A DNA stretch of 64,000 bases from Candidatus Sericytochromatia bacterium (GTDB taxonomy: Bacteria; Cyanobacteriota; Sericytochromatia; UBA7694): positions 4,328 through 68,327 of the forward strand of contig JBBKWI010000024.1 in NCBI GenBank assembly GCA_037968875.1, read 5' to 3'. Positions 40,322 through 50,705 of the stretch are shown here, one piece after another. The translations under genes were made by a program, and so were the position numbers. Below the pieces are notes generated by a model. That model saw only the letters and a program-made list of their open reading frames with translations. It did not search any database and was not told the DNA's origin. Position 1 is the stretch's first letter; each line of letters opens with the position of its first letter.

Positions 40322-41224
40322 ATGGGAACTATTCGCACCAACAGTCAGGTTTATGAAGCGGTCCAGCATGCACAAGATGACTATACATTGGGAGGCTTGC
40401 GCAGTAAGAATATTACCAATAGTGAAGTCAACGATATCGAAAATGCCATTATTGCTGATGGCCAAGTCGATGCGGGAGAAGCGCAATTATTAGAAGCCCT
40501 CAAAAGCAAAACAAGCTTCACAATCAGCGATGGCAAACAGTCCACCCATATTGCACAGCCCGTATTACGTTTTGTAACAGCTTCCGCCGTTGCGCCTCTA
40601 CATGAGGGCCGTTCAATGGTCGAACGAGACGGAGGCTATCTTTCGAATATACCTGATTATATTCCCCGCCAGAGCAAAGGCGAGGGAACCGATGTCATGA
40701 ATGAAGACAGCTATGCCAATAACACTGACGCCCGCGATGCTTTTGATACTGCCCGCTCGCGCATGCTAGACGTTAATAATTGGAGCCAATATGCTGCTAC
40801 TGAAGCCCCCATATCTACTCTGGGAGGCTATAATCCAGCAGTCCCCAATTTTTCATTGCACCGAGATGCCGGTACGCCCAATCAAGCCGACGTTGGTGAT
40901 GTCATCAAAATTTCTGCTGGCGGACAAGATATGTACGTACGCATCGACAAAATCATTGATACGCCCAGTGAGTTTGCCATGCAGGTTCGACCCAGTGATG
41001 CAAATGGCAATACCAATGGGGCTACCGAGCATATGTATAGCGCCGAAGCGACAAATACGTTTCGCTTAACCCAACACGGAAACACAGTTCTCAATGGATT
41101 TCATGGCCGCAATGAAGTCACCAATTCAGGCCTTCAAAACTGGGCCGCTGATCGCGGCATGGCTGCTGGGGGTCGCAGCTTCAGCTGGGACGTCATGGGA
41201 GACGCCTGGCGCAAATCCCCCTAA
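40322..41224 (+). CDS. Hypothetical protein (300 aa) with no recognisable domain
   Basis: A single ORF between the AT-rich region and a strong terminator. Confidence 0.4.
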   Translation: MGTIRTNSQVYEAVQHAQDDYTLGGLRSKNITNSEVNDIENAIIADGQVDAGEAQLLEALKSKTSFTISDGKQSTHIAQPVLRFVTASAVAPLHEGRSMVERDGGYLSNIPDYIPRQSKGEGTDVMNEDSYANNTDARDAFDTARSRMLDVNNWSQYAATEAPISTLGGYNPAVPNFSLHRDAGTPNQADVGDVIKISAGGQDMYVRIDKIIDTPSEFAMQVRPSDANGNTNGATEHMYSAEATNTFRLTQHGNTVLNGFHGRNEVTNSGLQNWAADRGMAAGGRSFSWDVMGDAWRKSP

Positions 41225-41249
41225 GACACTGGCTTCAACAAAACCAAGT

Positions 41250-41286
41250 AAAAAGCCCCCCAAAATTGGGGGGCTTTTCTTTTTAG
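41250..41286. terminator. Bidirectional rho-independent terminator between convergent genes
   Basis: aaaagcccccc-aaaatt-ggggggctttt flanked by T- and A-runs. Confidence 0.8.
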
Positions 41287-41293
41287 TAGCTAC

Positions 41294-42826
41294 TTACTTG
41301 GCGTCGTTGACGAAGCTTTCAACAAAGTGATAGAGCAAACGCGTGCCCGTACCCGTGCCGCCTTCTTTGGGCAGGTATGGATTTTTGACATAGCGTGCGA
41401 TTTCTTCTTCCATCATCGCGGTGCCAGCAATATCGATATGGATCCATTCGCGACCTTCGTCAACAAATTCTTTTAAGAACATCGCTGCAGTAATCGTGCC
41501 CGCGGAACGGCCACCGATGTTTTCAATATCAGCCACATCAGACACCAATTGCGCACGGAACTCGTCATAAAGAGGTAGGCGCCAGACGCGCTCACCTGAG
41601 TATTCACCGGCAGCAAACAGACGTGCATAGAGGTCATCACTATTGGTCAGGGTGCCCGAAACCGTGCGGCCCAGAGCCATAATCACAGCACCCGTTAAGG
41701 TGGCGATATCGACCAGCACATCGGGGTTGTGATATTTCTGAACATAGGTCATGGCGTCACACAAAATCAAACGGCCTTCGGCGTCTGTATTTAAGACTTC
41801 AATCGTTTTACCTGACATTGAAGTCAGAATATCCGAAGGTTTAAAAGCTTTACCATTGACCAGGTTTTCGCAGAGAGGGGTCACAGCGACGACATTGATT
41901 GGCAATTTTTGTGAAGCAATCGCTTTGATCGCACACAGGGTCGCAGCAGCACCGCCCATATCAGCGTACATGCGCAGCATGCCAGCAGCAGGCTTGATAT
42001 CATAGCCGCCGCTATCAAAGGTCACGCCTTTGCCGACGATCGCGATTGTTTTGCCACCGGGATTGCCTTCGTATTTCATCACGACCATTTTAGGGGGCAG
42101 GTCAGAGCCCATGCCGACAGCCAGAAAAGAGCCCATTTTCTCTCTTTCGAGATCGGCTTGCTCAAGTACCTGAATTTCCATGCCGCCTTCAGCAGCGACT
42201 TCCTGGGCCAACTCAGCAAAGCGAGCAGGCGTCATAAAGTTAGCCGGCTCGTTAACCAGGTCACGGGCAAAGTTAGCACTTTCAGCAAGTGCCAGACCTT
42301 TCACGCCACCGGCTTTGAGTAGATCTTTAACGCTATCATCCTGAGTGACGACTTTAATGCGTTGCAGCAATTTGCGATTGGCTTCTTCTTTTTTCTTAGA
42401 CTTATGCTTATCGAAGCGGTACATGCCCAAAATAATGCCTTCAACGATAGACTCAGAACAGTCTTTGGCATCCAGGCCCATATTTGAGAAATCGTGAATT
42501 GCCATTTCAGAAACATTAATCCGACGGGCGTAACGTGAAGAATTGGCGGTAATAGAGCGAATGCGATCCAGAGAGAATTCTTTGCGCTTGCCCATACCCA
42601 TTAAAAGAATACGTTTGGTGTTCAGACTATCGGTGTGCAAAAGGGTAAACTCGCGGTATTTCCCTTTGACTTCACCGCTTTCAATAATCTGCGAGATCTT
42701 GCCGTTAAGCTTTTGGTCAATCGCTTTTAAATAATCAATTTGATCGAGTTGGTCTTCAAATACGGTCAGAACCAGGAGTTCAGCCTCGACTTCATCGAGA
42801 GCTTTGACAGAAACTAGAATTTCCAT
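41294..42826 (-). CDS. pepA: Leucyl aminopeptidase (M17 family)
   Basis: NTDAEGRL motif, VVDIATLTGA, and M17 catalytic-domain architecture. Confidence 0.9.
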   Translation of the reverse strand: MEILVSVKALDEVEAELLVLTVFEDQLDQIDYLKAIDQKLNGKISQIIESGEVKGKYREFTLLHTDSLNTKRILLMGMGKRKEFSLDRIRSITANSSRYARRINVSEMAIHDFSNMGLDAKDCSESIVEGIILGMYRFDKHKSKKKEEANRKLLQRIKVVTQDDSVKDLLKAGGVKGLALAESANFARDLVNEPANFMTPARFAELAQEVAAEGGMEIQVLEQADLEREKMGSFLAVGMGSDLPPKMVVMKYEGNPGGKTIAIVGKGVTFDSGGYDIKPAAGMLRMYADMGGAAATLCAIKAIASQKLPINVVAVTPLCENLVNGKAFKPSDILTSMSGKTIEVLNTDAEGRLILCDAMTYVQKYHNPDVLVDIATLTGAVIMALGRTVSGTLTNSDDLYARLFAAGEYSGERVWRLPLYDEFRAQLVSDVADIENIGGRSAGTITAAMFLKEFVDEGREWIHIDIAGTAMMEEEIARYVKNPYLPKEGGTGTGTRLLYHFVESFVNDAK

Positions 42827-42861
42827 TTTTTCGGCCTTTCTTTAACTTAAGTTTGCTACCA

Positions 42862-43767
42862 TTATGACACAGGTTTTTGAAGGACGTCAGAGCATAGCCC
42901 TGTCTCTGTCTCGCTTTTTAAGGCGGGTCCATAGCGCCAAAACACCCCATTCAGCCCGGCAAATAAGAGCAAGCCTGTCACGCTTTCAATGGGATTGCCT
43001 GCTCCATGCCAAAGCTGGGAATCAGGCTTCCAGATCCAGAGCTGAGCCTGAGCTCCAAAACTACAATAAGTGACCCAACCCGCATGCAAACCGACAGCCC
43101 AACTCCAACGATAACGACAGTAAATTTGCCCCAAAAACAAGCCCACCCCAAATAAGCCAAACAAACTCAAGAGACGTTGCTCAAGAGGCCAGTTGCCACG
43201 CAATTGATGCGCCAAACTAAAAAGCAAGGCCTGAAAGCAAAGCGCCTCTGGAATCGTATATGCCCGCCCCAGCCACTTGAATAACAGATCCCGAAACAAA
43301 TGCTCTTCGAGCCAGGCCACACCCAGTCCCAATAGCAGTGACTGCAACAGAACCCATGGCCAATGATTGACAGGGGTCGCCAGCTCTAGCCAGCCCAGGC
43401 GGGCAAAATATAAATAGTGCAAGCCCAACAAAAGCAAAGCAGAACCAAACCCCATCACGAGCGGGCTCCCCTGTAGGCGGGACAAAGTTAATCTTTGTTT
43501 TTGCGCAATGCGAGAGATGCCGATCCAGAGCATTAAATAAAGCCCCACTATATAAAAGCCGATCAGGGCATCAGCAAGCGAGAATGGCATTCCGCCCGGC
43601 CTGAAAATCGCCAGCATGCTCCAAAGCCAGCTAAAAGCAACACTCGCCAATTTCAGAAGCACAAACCAAACACAGGCCAAACCCAGTATTTGTGCTGCCC
43701 ATCTGAGCAAAGTCAGCCAAACTTGCTGACGACTCATGTCAGGGGGTGGGTACATGTCTTTGGGCAT
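42862..43767 (-). CDS. CPBP-family intramembrane metalloprotease (CAAX protease-like). Start is probably the internal MPKDMY.
   Basis: Multi-TM protein with EExxFR (LEEHLFRDLL) and the FxxxH/HxxxN motifs (SLAHQLRGN). Confidence 0.65.
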   Translation of the reverse strand: MPKDMYPPPDMSRQQVWLTLLRWAAQILGLACVWFVLLKLASVAFSWLWSMLAIFRPGGMPFSLADALIGFYIVGLYLMLWIGISRIAQKQRLTLSRLQGSPLVMGFGSALLLLGLHYLYFARLGWLELATPVNHWPWVLLQSLLLGLGVAWLEEHLFRDLLFKWLGRAYTIPEALCFQALLFSLAHQLRGNWPLEQRLLSLFGLFGVGLFLGQIYCRYRWSWAVGLHAGWVTYCSFGAQAQLWIWKPDSQLWHGAGNPIESVTGLLLFAGLNGVFWRYGPALKSETETGLCSDVLQKPVS

Positions 43768-43854
43768 TGTTTTCTTTCCCGTGTTACCATTAAACTCACT
43801 TAAGGATCTGTCAAATATCATAGCAAAGCTAGGGTAGTCAGAGTGGGAACGCAT

Positions 43855-45237
43855 ATGAATCAAGATGATCACCAGAGCATGGCTCATATTCTGGTCAGCA
43901 AAGGCTTGCTTAGCCAAAATCAAGTCACCAAAGCCCTAGAGTATCAATGTCGTTTACCCCCCGGACAATATATGAGTTTTACTCAGGTCCTGGTTGAGTT
44001 CGAATACTTAAGTGAAACCGAACTCGCTGAGGCCCTGGGCCATGGTGTCGAAGAAATCTCAGATCCAATTGGACAGGTTTTGGTGGAGCAGGGGCTGGTC
44101 TCCTATGAACAATTGACACAAGCCATGAAAATTCTGGAATCCTTCCCCCGGGGACAGGTGATTAATGTGCTTGTAGATCTGGGTTTTACGACCCGCGAAG
44201 TCGTCGAACAGGCCATCTCACAACATCAACTCGATCAAAGCAAGCGCTTAAAATCCGCTTCAGAGGACTATTTAGAAAGCCATCACCTGGGGCCAGACGC
44301 CGAAGCCGAAGATGCTGAAGTGAACGCTGAGTTTACAAGCCCTAAACCTGCTGAAGCAGTCGTCAAACCAGAGCCTGTCAAGACCAATCCGGTGCATTTG
44401 CCATTGGGACGCAAGCTAATTGCCAAAGGCTATCTGACCGAAGACGAACTCAAAGATGCCATCGAATACCAGCAGCGCCTGCCCCAAATGCTTTATCGAC
44501 AGATCGGTCAGATTTTGATCGAACTGGGTTATATCAATCAAGAACAGCTCGACGAAGCCCTCAGCGAAGAAAAGCCTCGCCCACGCAGCCGGATTGGTGA
44601 ATTGCTGGTTCAAGATGGGCTGATCAGCGAATGGCAATTATCTCACGCCTTGAGTTTGCAGTTTAGCCCGGCTTATGCCCAAAAGCGCCTCGGGCAAATT
44701 TTAATCGATCTCAAATACACCGAACGTGAAGCGATTGAAAACACTGTCAGCAAGTATTTCAAGCCAGAGGCTGCCTCGGCACCTGCGGCGACAGTTGCTG
44801 CTCCGACGCCAAAACCCACTCAGCCAGTGAGCAGTCCGGAGCCTACTCACCGCCCCCTCGGGCAGATTTTGATGGACAAAGGCTTTGTGGCTCAGTGGCA
44901 ATTAGATCAAGCGCTTAAAGCCCAGCAAGCCAATGCCGGAGAGTATATGCCCCTCGGAGATATTTTGATCGCCAATGGGCATCTTAGTGAAGAACAATTG
45001 CAACGCGCTCTGGCAGATCAAAAACCTTTCAAGCAAGTCCCTGTGGGGCAGATTTTAGTCAGCGAAGGCGTGGTCGAAGAGTGGCAGTTGGCCCAGGCCC
45101 TGAGCCAACAGCTAGCAGAAGCACAAAGCCCACGCCAGCCCCTTGGCCAGGTCTTAGTCAATCTCGGCTTTACCACTCAGGACACAATTGAACAAGCCGT
45201 GATTCGTTATTATAAGCAACGCCGTCAGACACAATAA
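43855..45237 (+). CDS. Protein made of ~10 tandem T2SSE_N/MshEN-like motifs. Putative c-di-GMP-binding adaptor.
   Basis: Repeated (R/P)(L/I)GQ(I/V)L(I/V)xxG(F/L)(I/V)xxxQLxxAL units, e.g. PLGQILMDKGFVAQWQLDQALKAQQ. Confidence 0.55.
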   Translation: MNQDDHQSMAHILVSKGLLSQNQVTKALEYQCRLPPGQYMSFTQVLVEFEYLSETELAEALGHGVEEISDPIGQVLVEQGLVSYEQLTQAMKILESFPRGQVINVLVDLGFTTREVVEQAISQHQLDQSKRLKSASEDYLESHHLGPDAEAEDAEVNAEFTSPKPAEAVVKPEPVKTNPVHLPLGRKLIAKGYLTEDELKDAIEYQQRLPQMLYRQIGQILIELGYINQEQLDEALSEEKPRPRSRIGELLVQDGLISEWQLSHALSLQFSPAYAQKRLGQILIDLKYTEREAIENTVSKYFKPEAASAPAATVAAPTPKPTQPVSSPEPTHRPLGQILMDKGFVAQWQLDQALKAQQANAGEYMPLGDILIANGHLSEEQLQRALADQKPFKQVPVGQILVSEGVVEEWQLAQALSQQLAEAQSPRQPLGQVLVNLGFTTQDTIEQAVIRYYKQRRQTQ

Positions 45238-45395
45238 GCCGCTGTAAACACTTATCTCTCTTTTGATTAATTTCATTGGACCTGCTGCGATCCCTTGACG
45301 CTGGCAGGATCTCTCACTTATGCTAATAATTAACGCGGTGCATAAATTTCGTGCAAGATGCGATAAATGCCCCAAATACGAAAGGCCAAACGCAG

Positions 45396-47147
45396 ATGTT
45401 AGAAAAAAATGGATTTTTACGCAACCTTTTTCTCGGTGATGTACTCGAAGAAAAAGTATTCCCCTTCCCTCGCATGGGCGAAGAAGAACAAGAAGTGATC
45501 GAAATGATCGGGGATAGCCTGCAACGACTCAAACAAGAGATCAACCAGGATCAAATCGATAAAGACGGCGTAATGCCTCCTGAAACCCTGCAAAAACTAA
45601 AAGAGATGGATCTCTTTGGCCTGTCTATCCCTGAAGAATACGACGGCGTGGGCCTTTCGGTCTCAGGCTATGCACGCGTGCTACAAGATTTGGCCACCCT
45701 GGGCGCAGCTGTTGCTGCCACCGTTGGCGGCCACCACAGTATCGGCATGAAAGGCCTCTTATTGGTCGGCACTGAAGCCCAGCAAAAAAAATACCTGGCT
45801 AAGCTCTCAAGTGGTGACATGATTGCTGCTTTTTGCTTGACAGAACCCAATTCCGGTTCCGATGCAGCCAGTATTGTCACCCGTGCTGAACCCAGCGCAG
45901 ACGGCAGCCACTACATTCTAAATGGTTCCAAAATGTGGATCACCAACGGTGGCTTCGCCGATTTTTATACGGTCTTTGCCAAAACCCCAATCGAAGAAAA
46001 CGGTGTCAAGCAAGACAAAATCACGGCTTTTATCGTGACCCGTGATCTCGGTGGCGTAACCAACGGCCCCGAAGAAGAAAAAATGGGCTGGAAAGGCTCC
46101 TCTACCACGATGGTGCATTTTGACAATGTCAAAGTACCTGCTGAAAACGTGCTCGGCGAGGTCGGCAAAGGTTTCAAAGTGGCAATGGAGATCCTGAACA
46201 ATGGACGCCTGGGTACTTCAACGGCCTCCTTTGGCGTCGCCAAAGAGATGCTTGACATGAGTATCAAATATGCCAACGAACGCAAGCAATTTGGTCAAAA
46301 CATTGGCCAATATGACATGGTCAAAGAAAAGATTGCTCGGATGTCGATGCTCACTTATGGCATGCAATGTGTCGGATTTTTGAGCGCCGGCATGAAAGAC
46401 AGTGGTGAAGAAGACTTTGGGATTGAAACCGCTGTTGCCAAAATTTTCTCTACCGAAGCCGTCTTTGAAGTCTGTAACGAAGCCCTCCAGATTCATGGTG
46501 GCATGGGCTATGGCCGCGAATTAGGGATTGAGCGCTTTATGCGTGACGCCCGTCTGGGCCTGATCATTGAAGGCACCAGCGAGATCTTACGCGCGATGGT
46601 CGCTTTAGAAGGCCTTAAAACTCTGGGTAAATTCCTCAAGAAAACCGGAATCAAAGGCTATGCCGAGAAGTCTTTCTTCTCGCAAGCCCGCATGAGCAAA
46701 GCCCACCCCCTGCTCGAAAAAGAATCCCAGTTGTTTTGCAAAGGTGTCGATAAGCTGAATGCTTACGCGATGCAATTGCTGCGGGTCTACAAGAAAAAAG
46801 TGATCATGGAGCAAATGCACCAGAAGCGCATTGCTGAGTCAGTGATTGACCTCTATGTTTCTGTGGCAATGATTTCACGCACCACCGCCCTCTTAGAGAC
46901 CGGTAAAAGCAAAGAAGAAGCCCTGACAGAAATCTATCTGACCCGCTCGTTCTGTCGCATGGCCTTTGAGCGCATTGGTGAACGCCTGGATCAGTTTGAC
47001 CTCAACCATGACTTCTACCTGGCCCGCTTAGCAGATCAGCTCTATGAAGACGGCTCTTTCTTGCCTGCGATTGAAGATATTGGTACTGCTGAGCAGTATC
47101 CAGTCAACGCACCGGCGTCGGAGAAGTCTGCAACCCCTGTCGCTTAG
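45396..47147 (+). CDS. Acyl-CoA dehydrogenase (long-chain type with a C-terminal extension)
   Basis: ACAD N, M and C domains (CLTEPNSGSDAAS, …IHGGMGY…). Confidence 0.85.
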   Translation: MLEKNGFLRNLFLGDVLEEKVFPFPRMGEEEQEVIEMIGDSLQRLKQEINQDQIDKDGVMPPETLQKLKEMDLFGLSIPEEYDGVGLSVSGYARVLQDLATLGAAVAATVGGHHSIGMKGLLLVGTEAQQKKYLAKLSSGDMIAAFCLTEPNSGSDAASIVTRAEPSADGSHYILNGSKMWITNGGFADFYTVFAKTPIEENGVKQDKITAFIVTRDLGGVTNGPEEEKMGWKGSSTTMVHFDNVKVPAENVLGEVGKGFKVAMEILNNGRLGTSTASFGVAKEMLDMSIKYANERKQFGQNIGQYDMVKEKIARMSMLTYGMQCVGFLSAGMKDSGEEDFGIETAVAKIFSTEAVFEVCNEALQIHGGMGYGRELGIERFMRDARLGLIIEGTSEILRAMVALEGLKTLGKFLKKTGIKGYAEKSFFSQARMSKAHPLLEKESQLFCKGVDKLNAYAMQLLRVYKKKVIMEQMHQKRIAESVIDLYVSVAMISRTTALLETGKSKEEALTEIYLTRSFCRMAFERIGERLDQFDLNHDFYLARLADQLYEDGSFLPAIEDIGTAEQYPVNAPASEKSATPVA

Positions 47148-47163
47148 TCCCATTTAGACCTCT

Positions 47164-47213
47164 AAATCCCCGCTCATCTCGTATCAAGTATAGGATGAGC
47201 GGGGATTTTTTTA
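47164..47213 (+). terminator. Rho-independent terminator. Its loop contains the recurring GTATCAAGTA core.
   Basis: atccccgctcatc-tcgtatcaagtatag-gatgagcggggat followed by tttttttatc. Confidence 0.75.
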
Positions 47214-47267
47214 TCAAAACTGTTACACTACCTAGATAATAAAGTCTGAAAGAAATGGTCACAAACT

Positions 47268-47885
47268 ATGGCTCGTGGATACGATGATAATCAAGCCCTG
47301 CAAGAAACCCTACAGGCTCTGGGTAAGCCACTTGCCCGGCGTGCCAAGTCTGCCTGCGAACTTTGTAAAGCTCAAGGTACTCTGCAGATCATAGAAGTGC
47401 CCCCGGCCGAGAGCCCTGAGCTCGAAACCAGTCTGCTGGTCTGTGAGACCTGTGCTCAGCAAATTAACGATCCCGACAGTCGCGATCCTTTGCACTGGTT
47501 TTGCTTACAAGAAACCATTTGGAGTGAGATCCCGGCAGTACAAGTCATGAGCTGGCGACTTTTGCAAGGCTTAAAAGCCGAGCCCTGGGCTCAGGACTTA
47601 TTGGATCAGGCTTATCTGGCCGATGAGGTCATGCAGTGGGCCCAAACGGGTATTGGCAGCGAGGCCACAGGCACCCGCGTACTCGATAGCAATGGCACTG
47701 AATTGGTCGAGGGTGATAGTGTGCATTTGATCAAGGATCTCGATGTCAAAGGCACACGTTTTACAGCCAAACGGGGCACTCTGGTCAAAGGGATTCGCCT
47801 CGGTGACGATCCTGAATACATCGAAGGCCAGGTCAATAAAACCACGATCATGCTCAAAACCTGCTTTCTCAAAAAAGCCCTTTAG
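47268..47885 (+). CDS. PhnA/YjdC-like protein (zinc-ribbon N-terminus + PhnA C-terminal domain)
   Basis: CxxC…CxxC ribbon. C-terminal DSNGTELVEGDSVHLIKDLDVKGT…KRGTLVKGIRL resembles E. coli PhnA. Confidence 0.6.
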   Translation: MARGYDDNQALQETLQALGKPLARRAKSACELCKAQGTLQIIEVPPAESPELETSLLVCETCAQQINDPDSRDPLHWFCLQETIWSEIPAVQVMSWRLLQGLKAEPWAQDLLDQAYLADEVMQWAQTGIGSEATGTRVLDSNGTELVEGDSVHLIKDLDVKGTRFTAKRGTLVKGIRLGDDPEYIEGQVNKTTIMLKTCFLKKAL

Positions 47886-47890
47886 CCATC

Positions 47891-49360
47891 ATGAGTAAAG
47901 CCTTTTATGCCGCTCTGGAGCAAGCCGTGATTGGCATGGTCACCATCAGCACAACCGGGAAATTCATCTATATCAATCCAGCCTATGCACAATTATTGGG
48001 CTATAGTCAGACCGAACTGCAGAACTTAAGCTTCCAAGAAATTACCCATCCAGATGATCTCGACCTCGATTTGGGTCATTTTGAGCAATTACTGGCTGGC
48101 CAAATTAAGGGCTACGCTATTGATAAGCGCTATTTAAACAAAGCGGGCCAGATCATCTGGGTGCATTTAACCGTATCGTTGGTTAGCGCTGAGCAGGATC
48201 AAGCGGCTTTTATTTTTTCTCAAGTTGAAGATATCACCGCGCGCAAGCGCCAAGAGCAGCGTCAGTTAGACGTTCAACAACGCATGCATGCAGCGCAACG
48301 CCTGAGTCATTTAGGTGCCTGGGAACTCGATTTACGCACAGGTCAAGAAATCTGGTCAGATGAATTTTTTCGGATCTGTGGTCTCATACCAGGCAGTATC
48401 GCAGAACCTAGCTATCAAGATCGCTCAAAACTGATGCATCCCGACGATAACGAACACATCGTAAAAATCTGGGAAGAAGCCTACAAAACAGGCCAGCCTT
48501 ACCAGCTAGAAACAAGAATTATCCGGCCCGATGGCGAGATTCGCTATCTTTTAGTCAAAGCTGAATTTATCAAACAAAAGGGTGAAATCACACACGTCCG
48601 GGGGACCTGTTTAGACATCACGTCCTCAAGCCAGTATAAGCAAGAACTCTTACGTTCCAATCAGGAGCTGGAACGGTTTGCGTATGTTGCTTCCCATGAC
48701 CTACAAGAACCCCTGCGAAAAATTTTGGTCTTTGGCCAATACCTGGCCGCTTTGTTAGCCGAAAAGCTCAGCCCCAAAGAAGCCGACTATTTTGAACGCA
48801 TCCAAAAATCAGCCGAACATATGCAAACCTTGACCAACGATTTACTGGCCTATTCACGCCTGGACAGCCACAAAAAAACCTTTGTGATTGTGGATCTCAA
48901 CGAGATTTTAGCCCATACTCTGGAAGTCCTGGAGCTATCGATAGAAGAAAGCCAGGCCCAGATAAAAGCCGATCGCTTACCTGTGATCATGGGAGACCCC
49001 CCACAGCTCAAACAGATTTTTTTGAATTTGCTTTCCAATGCCCTAAAATTTAAAGCTCCCAACCGCCCAGTCCGGATTCAAATTCAAAGTCAAGAACTGG
49101 ACTTGGGTCAACTCAAGCTCAGCTTTATTGACAATGGAATTGGCTTTCCTCCCCTACATCAGAAACAAATTTTTGATATTTTCAAACGCTTACATGTACG
49201 CTCGAAATATGAAGGAAGCGGCATTGGCCTGAGTATTTGCAAAAAAATCGCTGAGCGGCATGGCGGCATTCTCTCAGCTACTGGAAGTCTCGATCAAGGC
49301 GCACGATTTGATCTCATTTTGCCACGACCCACAAACCAGGAGTCGCAGCATGCAAAATGA
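47891..49360 (+). CDS. PAS/PAC sensor histidine kinase
   Basis: Two PAS domains. H-box ASHDLQEPLRKI, N-box LLSNALKF, and the G-boxes DNGIGF and GSGIGLSIC. Confidence 0.85.
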   Translation: MSKAFYAALEQAVIGMVTISTTGKFIYINPAYAQLLGYSQTELQNLSFQEITHPDDLDLDLGHFEQLLAGQIKGYAIDKRYLNKAGQIIWVHLTVSLVSAEQDQAAFIFSQVEDITARKRQEQRQLDVQQRMHAAQRLSHLGAWELDLRTGQEIWSDEFFRICGLIPGSIAEPSYQDRSKLMHPDDNEHIVKIWEEAYKTGQPYQLETRIIRPDGEIRYLLVKAEFIKQKGEITHVRGTCLDITSSSQYKQELLRSNQELERFAYVASHDLQEPLRKILVFGQYLAALLAEKLSPKEADYFERIQKSAEHMQTLTNDLLAYSRLDSHKKTFVIVDLNEILAHTLEVLELSIEESQAQIKADRLPVIMGDPPQLKQIFLNLLSNALKFKAPNRPVRIQIQSQELDLGQLKLSFIDNGIGFPPLHQKQIFDIFKRLHVRSKYEGSGIGLSICKKIAERHGGILSATGSLDQGARFDLILPRPTNQESQHAK

Positions 49361-49455
49361 ATCCCTAAGCACATGGATCGCTGATGACCACGAAGAGAAT
49401 CTTCATTTAATTTAAAGAAATTCTTGCCGAAAAAAAAGCCCCTGGAGCGTTTGTT

Positions 49456-49833
49456 ATGATTAAATCTGTTCACCATGCGCAAATTAGCGTCGCCCCGGAT
49501 CAGGAAGCGGAAGCCCGTGAATTTTATTGCCAGACACTGGGGTTTGAAGCATTAGCTAAGCCTGAGTCTCTGGCCGGTCGTGGTGGATTTTGGTGTCAAT
49601 TGGGAGCGTTCCAGATCCATATCGGCATCGAAAAAAACCCGGTCAATCATGCCAGCAAAGCCCATCTGGCCTATGCTGTGGATCACTTAGAGCACTGGCG
49701 CCAAAAACTCAAAGCCGCTGGACTCACGCCGCAAGAATCAGTGCCAATCCCCGGTATGCAGCGCTTTGAGTGTCGCGATCCTTTTGGCAATCGCATGGAG
49801 TTTTTAGAGCTCACGCCCCAAGGGTCAGAATAA
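49456..49833 (+). CDS. VOC/glyoxalase-family protein
   Basis: HHAQISV…GFE…HLAY…RDPFGNRMEF. Confidence 0.7.
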   Translation: MIKSVHHAQISVAPDQEAEAREFYCQTLGFEALAKPESLAGRGGFWCQLGAFQIHIGIEKNPVNHASKAHLAYAVDHLEHWRQKLKAAGLTPQESVPIPGMQRFECRDPFGNRMEFLELTPQGSE

Positions 49834-49834
49834 A

Positions 49835-50581
49835 ATGACATCAAATGTTGCGCTGGCAGGTCTATTACTCCTGAGTCTGCTGAGTTGCCATAGCCAACCC
49901 AAAGCTGACCCAGCACCTGCGGCAAGCGCTCACTCAAGTGAGGCTAGCGAGGTCTCTATCACAACACCCACAGCGGATAAATTAACGATTCTGGCGTTGG
50001 GAGACTCCTATACAATTGGCCAGGGCTTGCCTGCTGCCTCTCGTTGGCCTGTTTTACTCGCCGCTCAACTGGGCAGTCAGCAAACCCCTCAGATTATTGC
50101 CCAAACGGGCTGGACCACACAGGATCTGATTCAGGCTTTGCTCGGCAACCAGCTTCAAGCGCACTCAGATCTGGTGACCCTGATGATTGGAGTCAATAAC
50201 CAATACCAGGGCCGTCCACTAAGTGAATACCGCAAGCAATTTGAGAACTTGCTTAAGCAGGCTTTAGCAGCAGCCCCCAGCCCCGCCTGTGTACTCGTCG
50301 TCTCGATCCCAGACTGGGGAGCCACGCCCTTTGCTCAGGGACAAGACACCCGCCAGATTGGCAGCCAAATTGCTGCATTTAATGCAATCAACCTGGAGCT
50401 CAGCCAAAACTATCAGACTAGCTATTTGGACATCACGCCTCTCAGTCGAGAACAAGCTCCTGAAAGATTTGCCTCCGATGGACTGCATTACTCTCAACAG
50501 ATGCATCAAATCTGGGCTGAACGTGCCGCCAAAGTTTTAAAAATGGATTGTCTGAGAGCGAGAGATCTCGCCAGTGAGTAA
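49835..50581 (+). CDS. Secreted SGNH/GDSL-family hydrolase
   Basis: Signal peptide. GDS motif ILALGDSYTIGQG. C-terminal D…H (DGLHYS). Confidence 0.75.
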   Translation: MTSNVALAGLLLLSLLSCHSQPKADPAPAASAHSSEASEVSITTPTADKLTILALGDSYTIGQGLPAASRWPVLLAAQLGSQQTPQIIAQTGWTTQDLIQALLGNQLQAHSDLVTLMIGVNNQYQGRPLSEYRKQFENLLKQALAAAPSPACVLVVSIPDWGATPFAQGQDTRQIGSQIAAFNAINLELSQNYQTSYLDITPLSREQAPERFASDGLHYSQQMHQIWAERAAKVLKMDCLRARDLASE

Positions 50582-50705
50582 AGAGAGCTGCTTTTAGATT
50601 ACTCTTAAATAAATAACCAGGAAATATAACGTTTATTATATTAAAAAATAATAAAAACAAGCTAAAAAAAGTATAAAAAGAAACAATTCCCAGACTGAAT
50701 GGCTT

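Noticed and set aside
45965-46496. Antisense ORFs inside the acyl-CoA dehydrogenase gene
   Set aside because: Opposite a well-supported CDS. No independent support.
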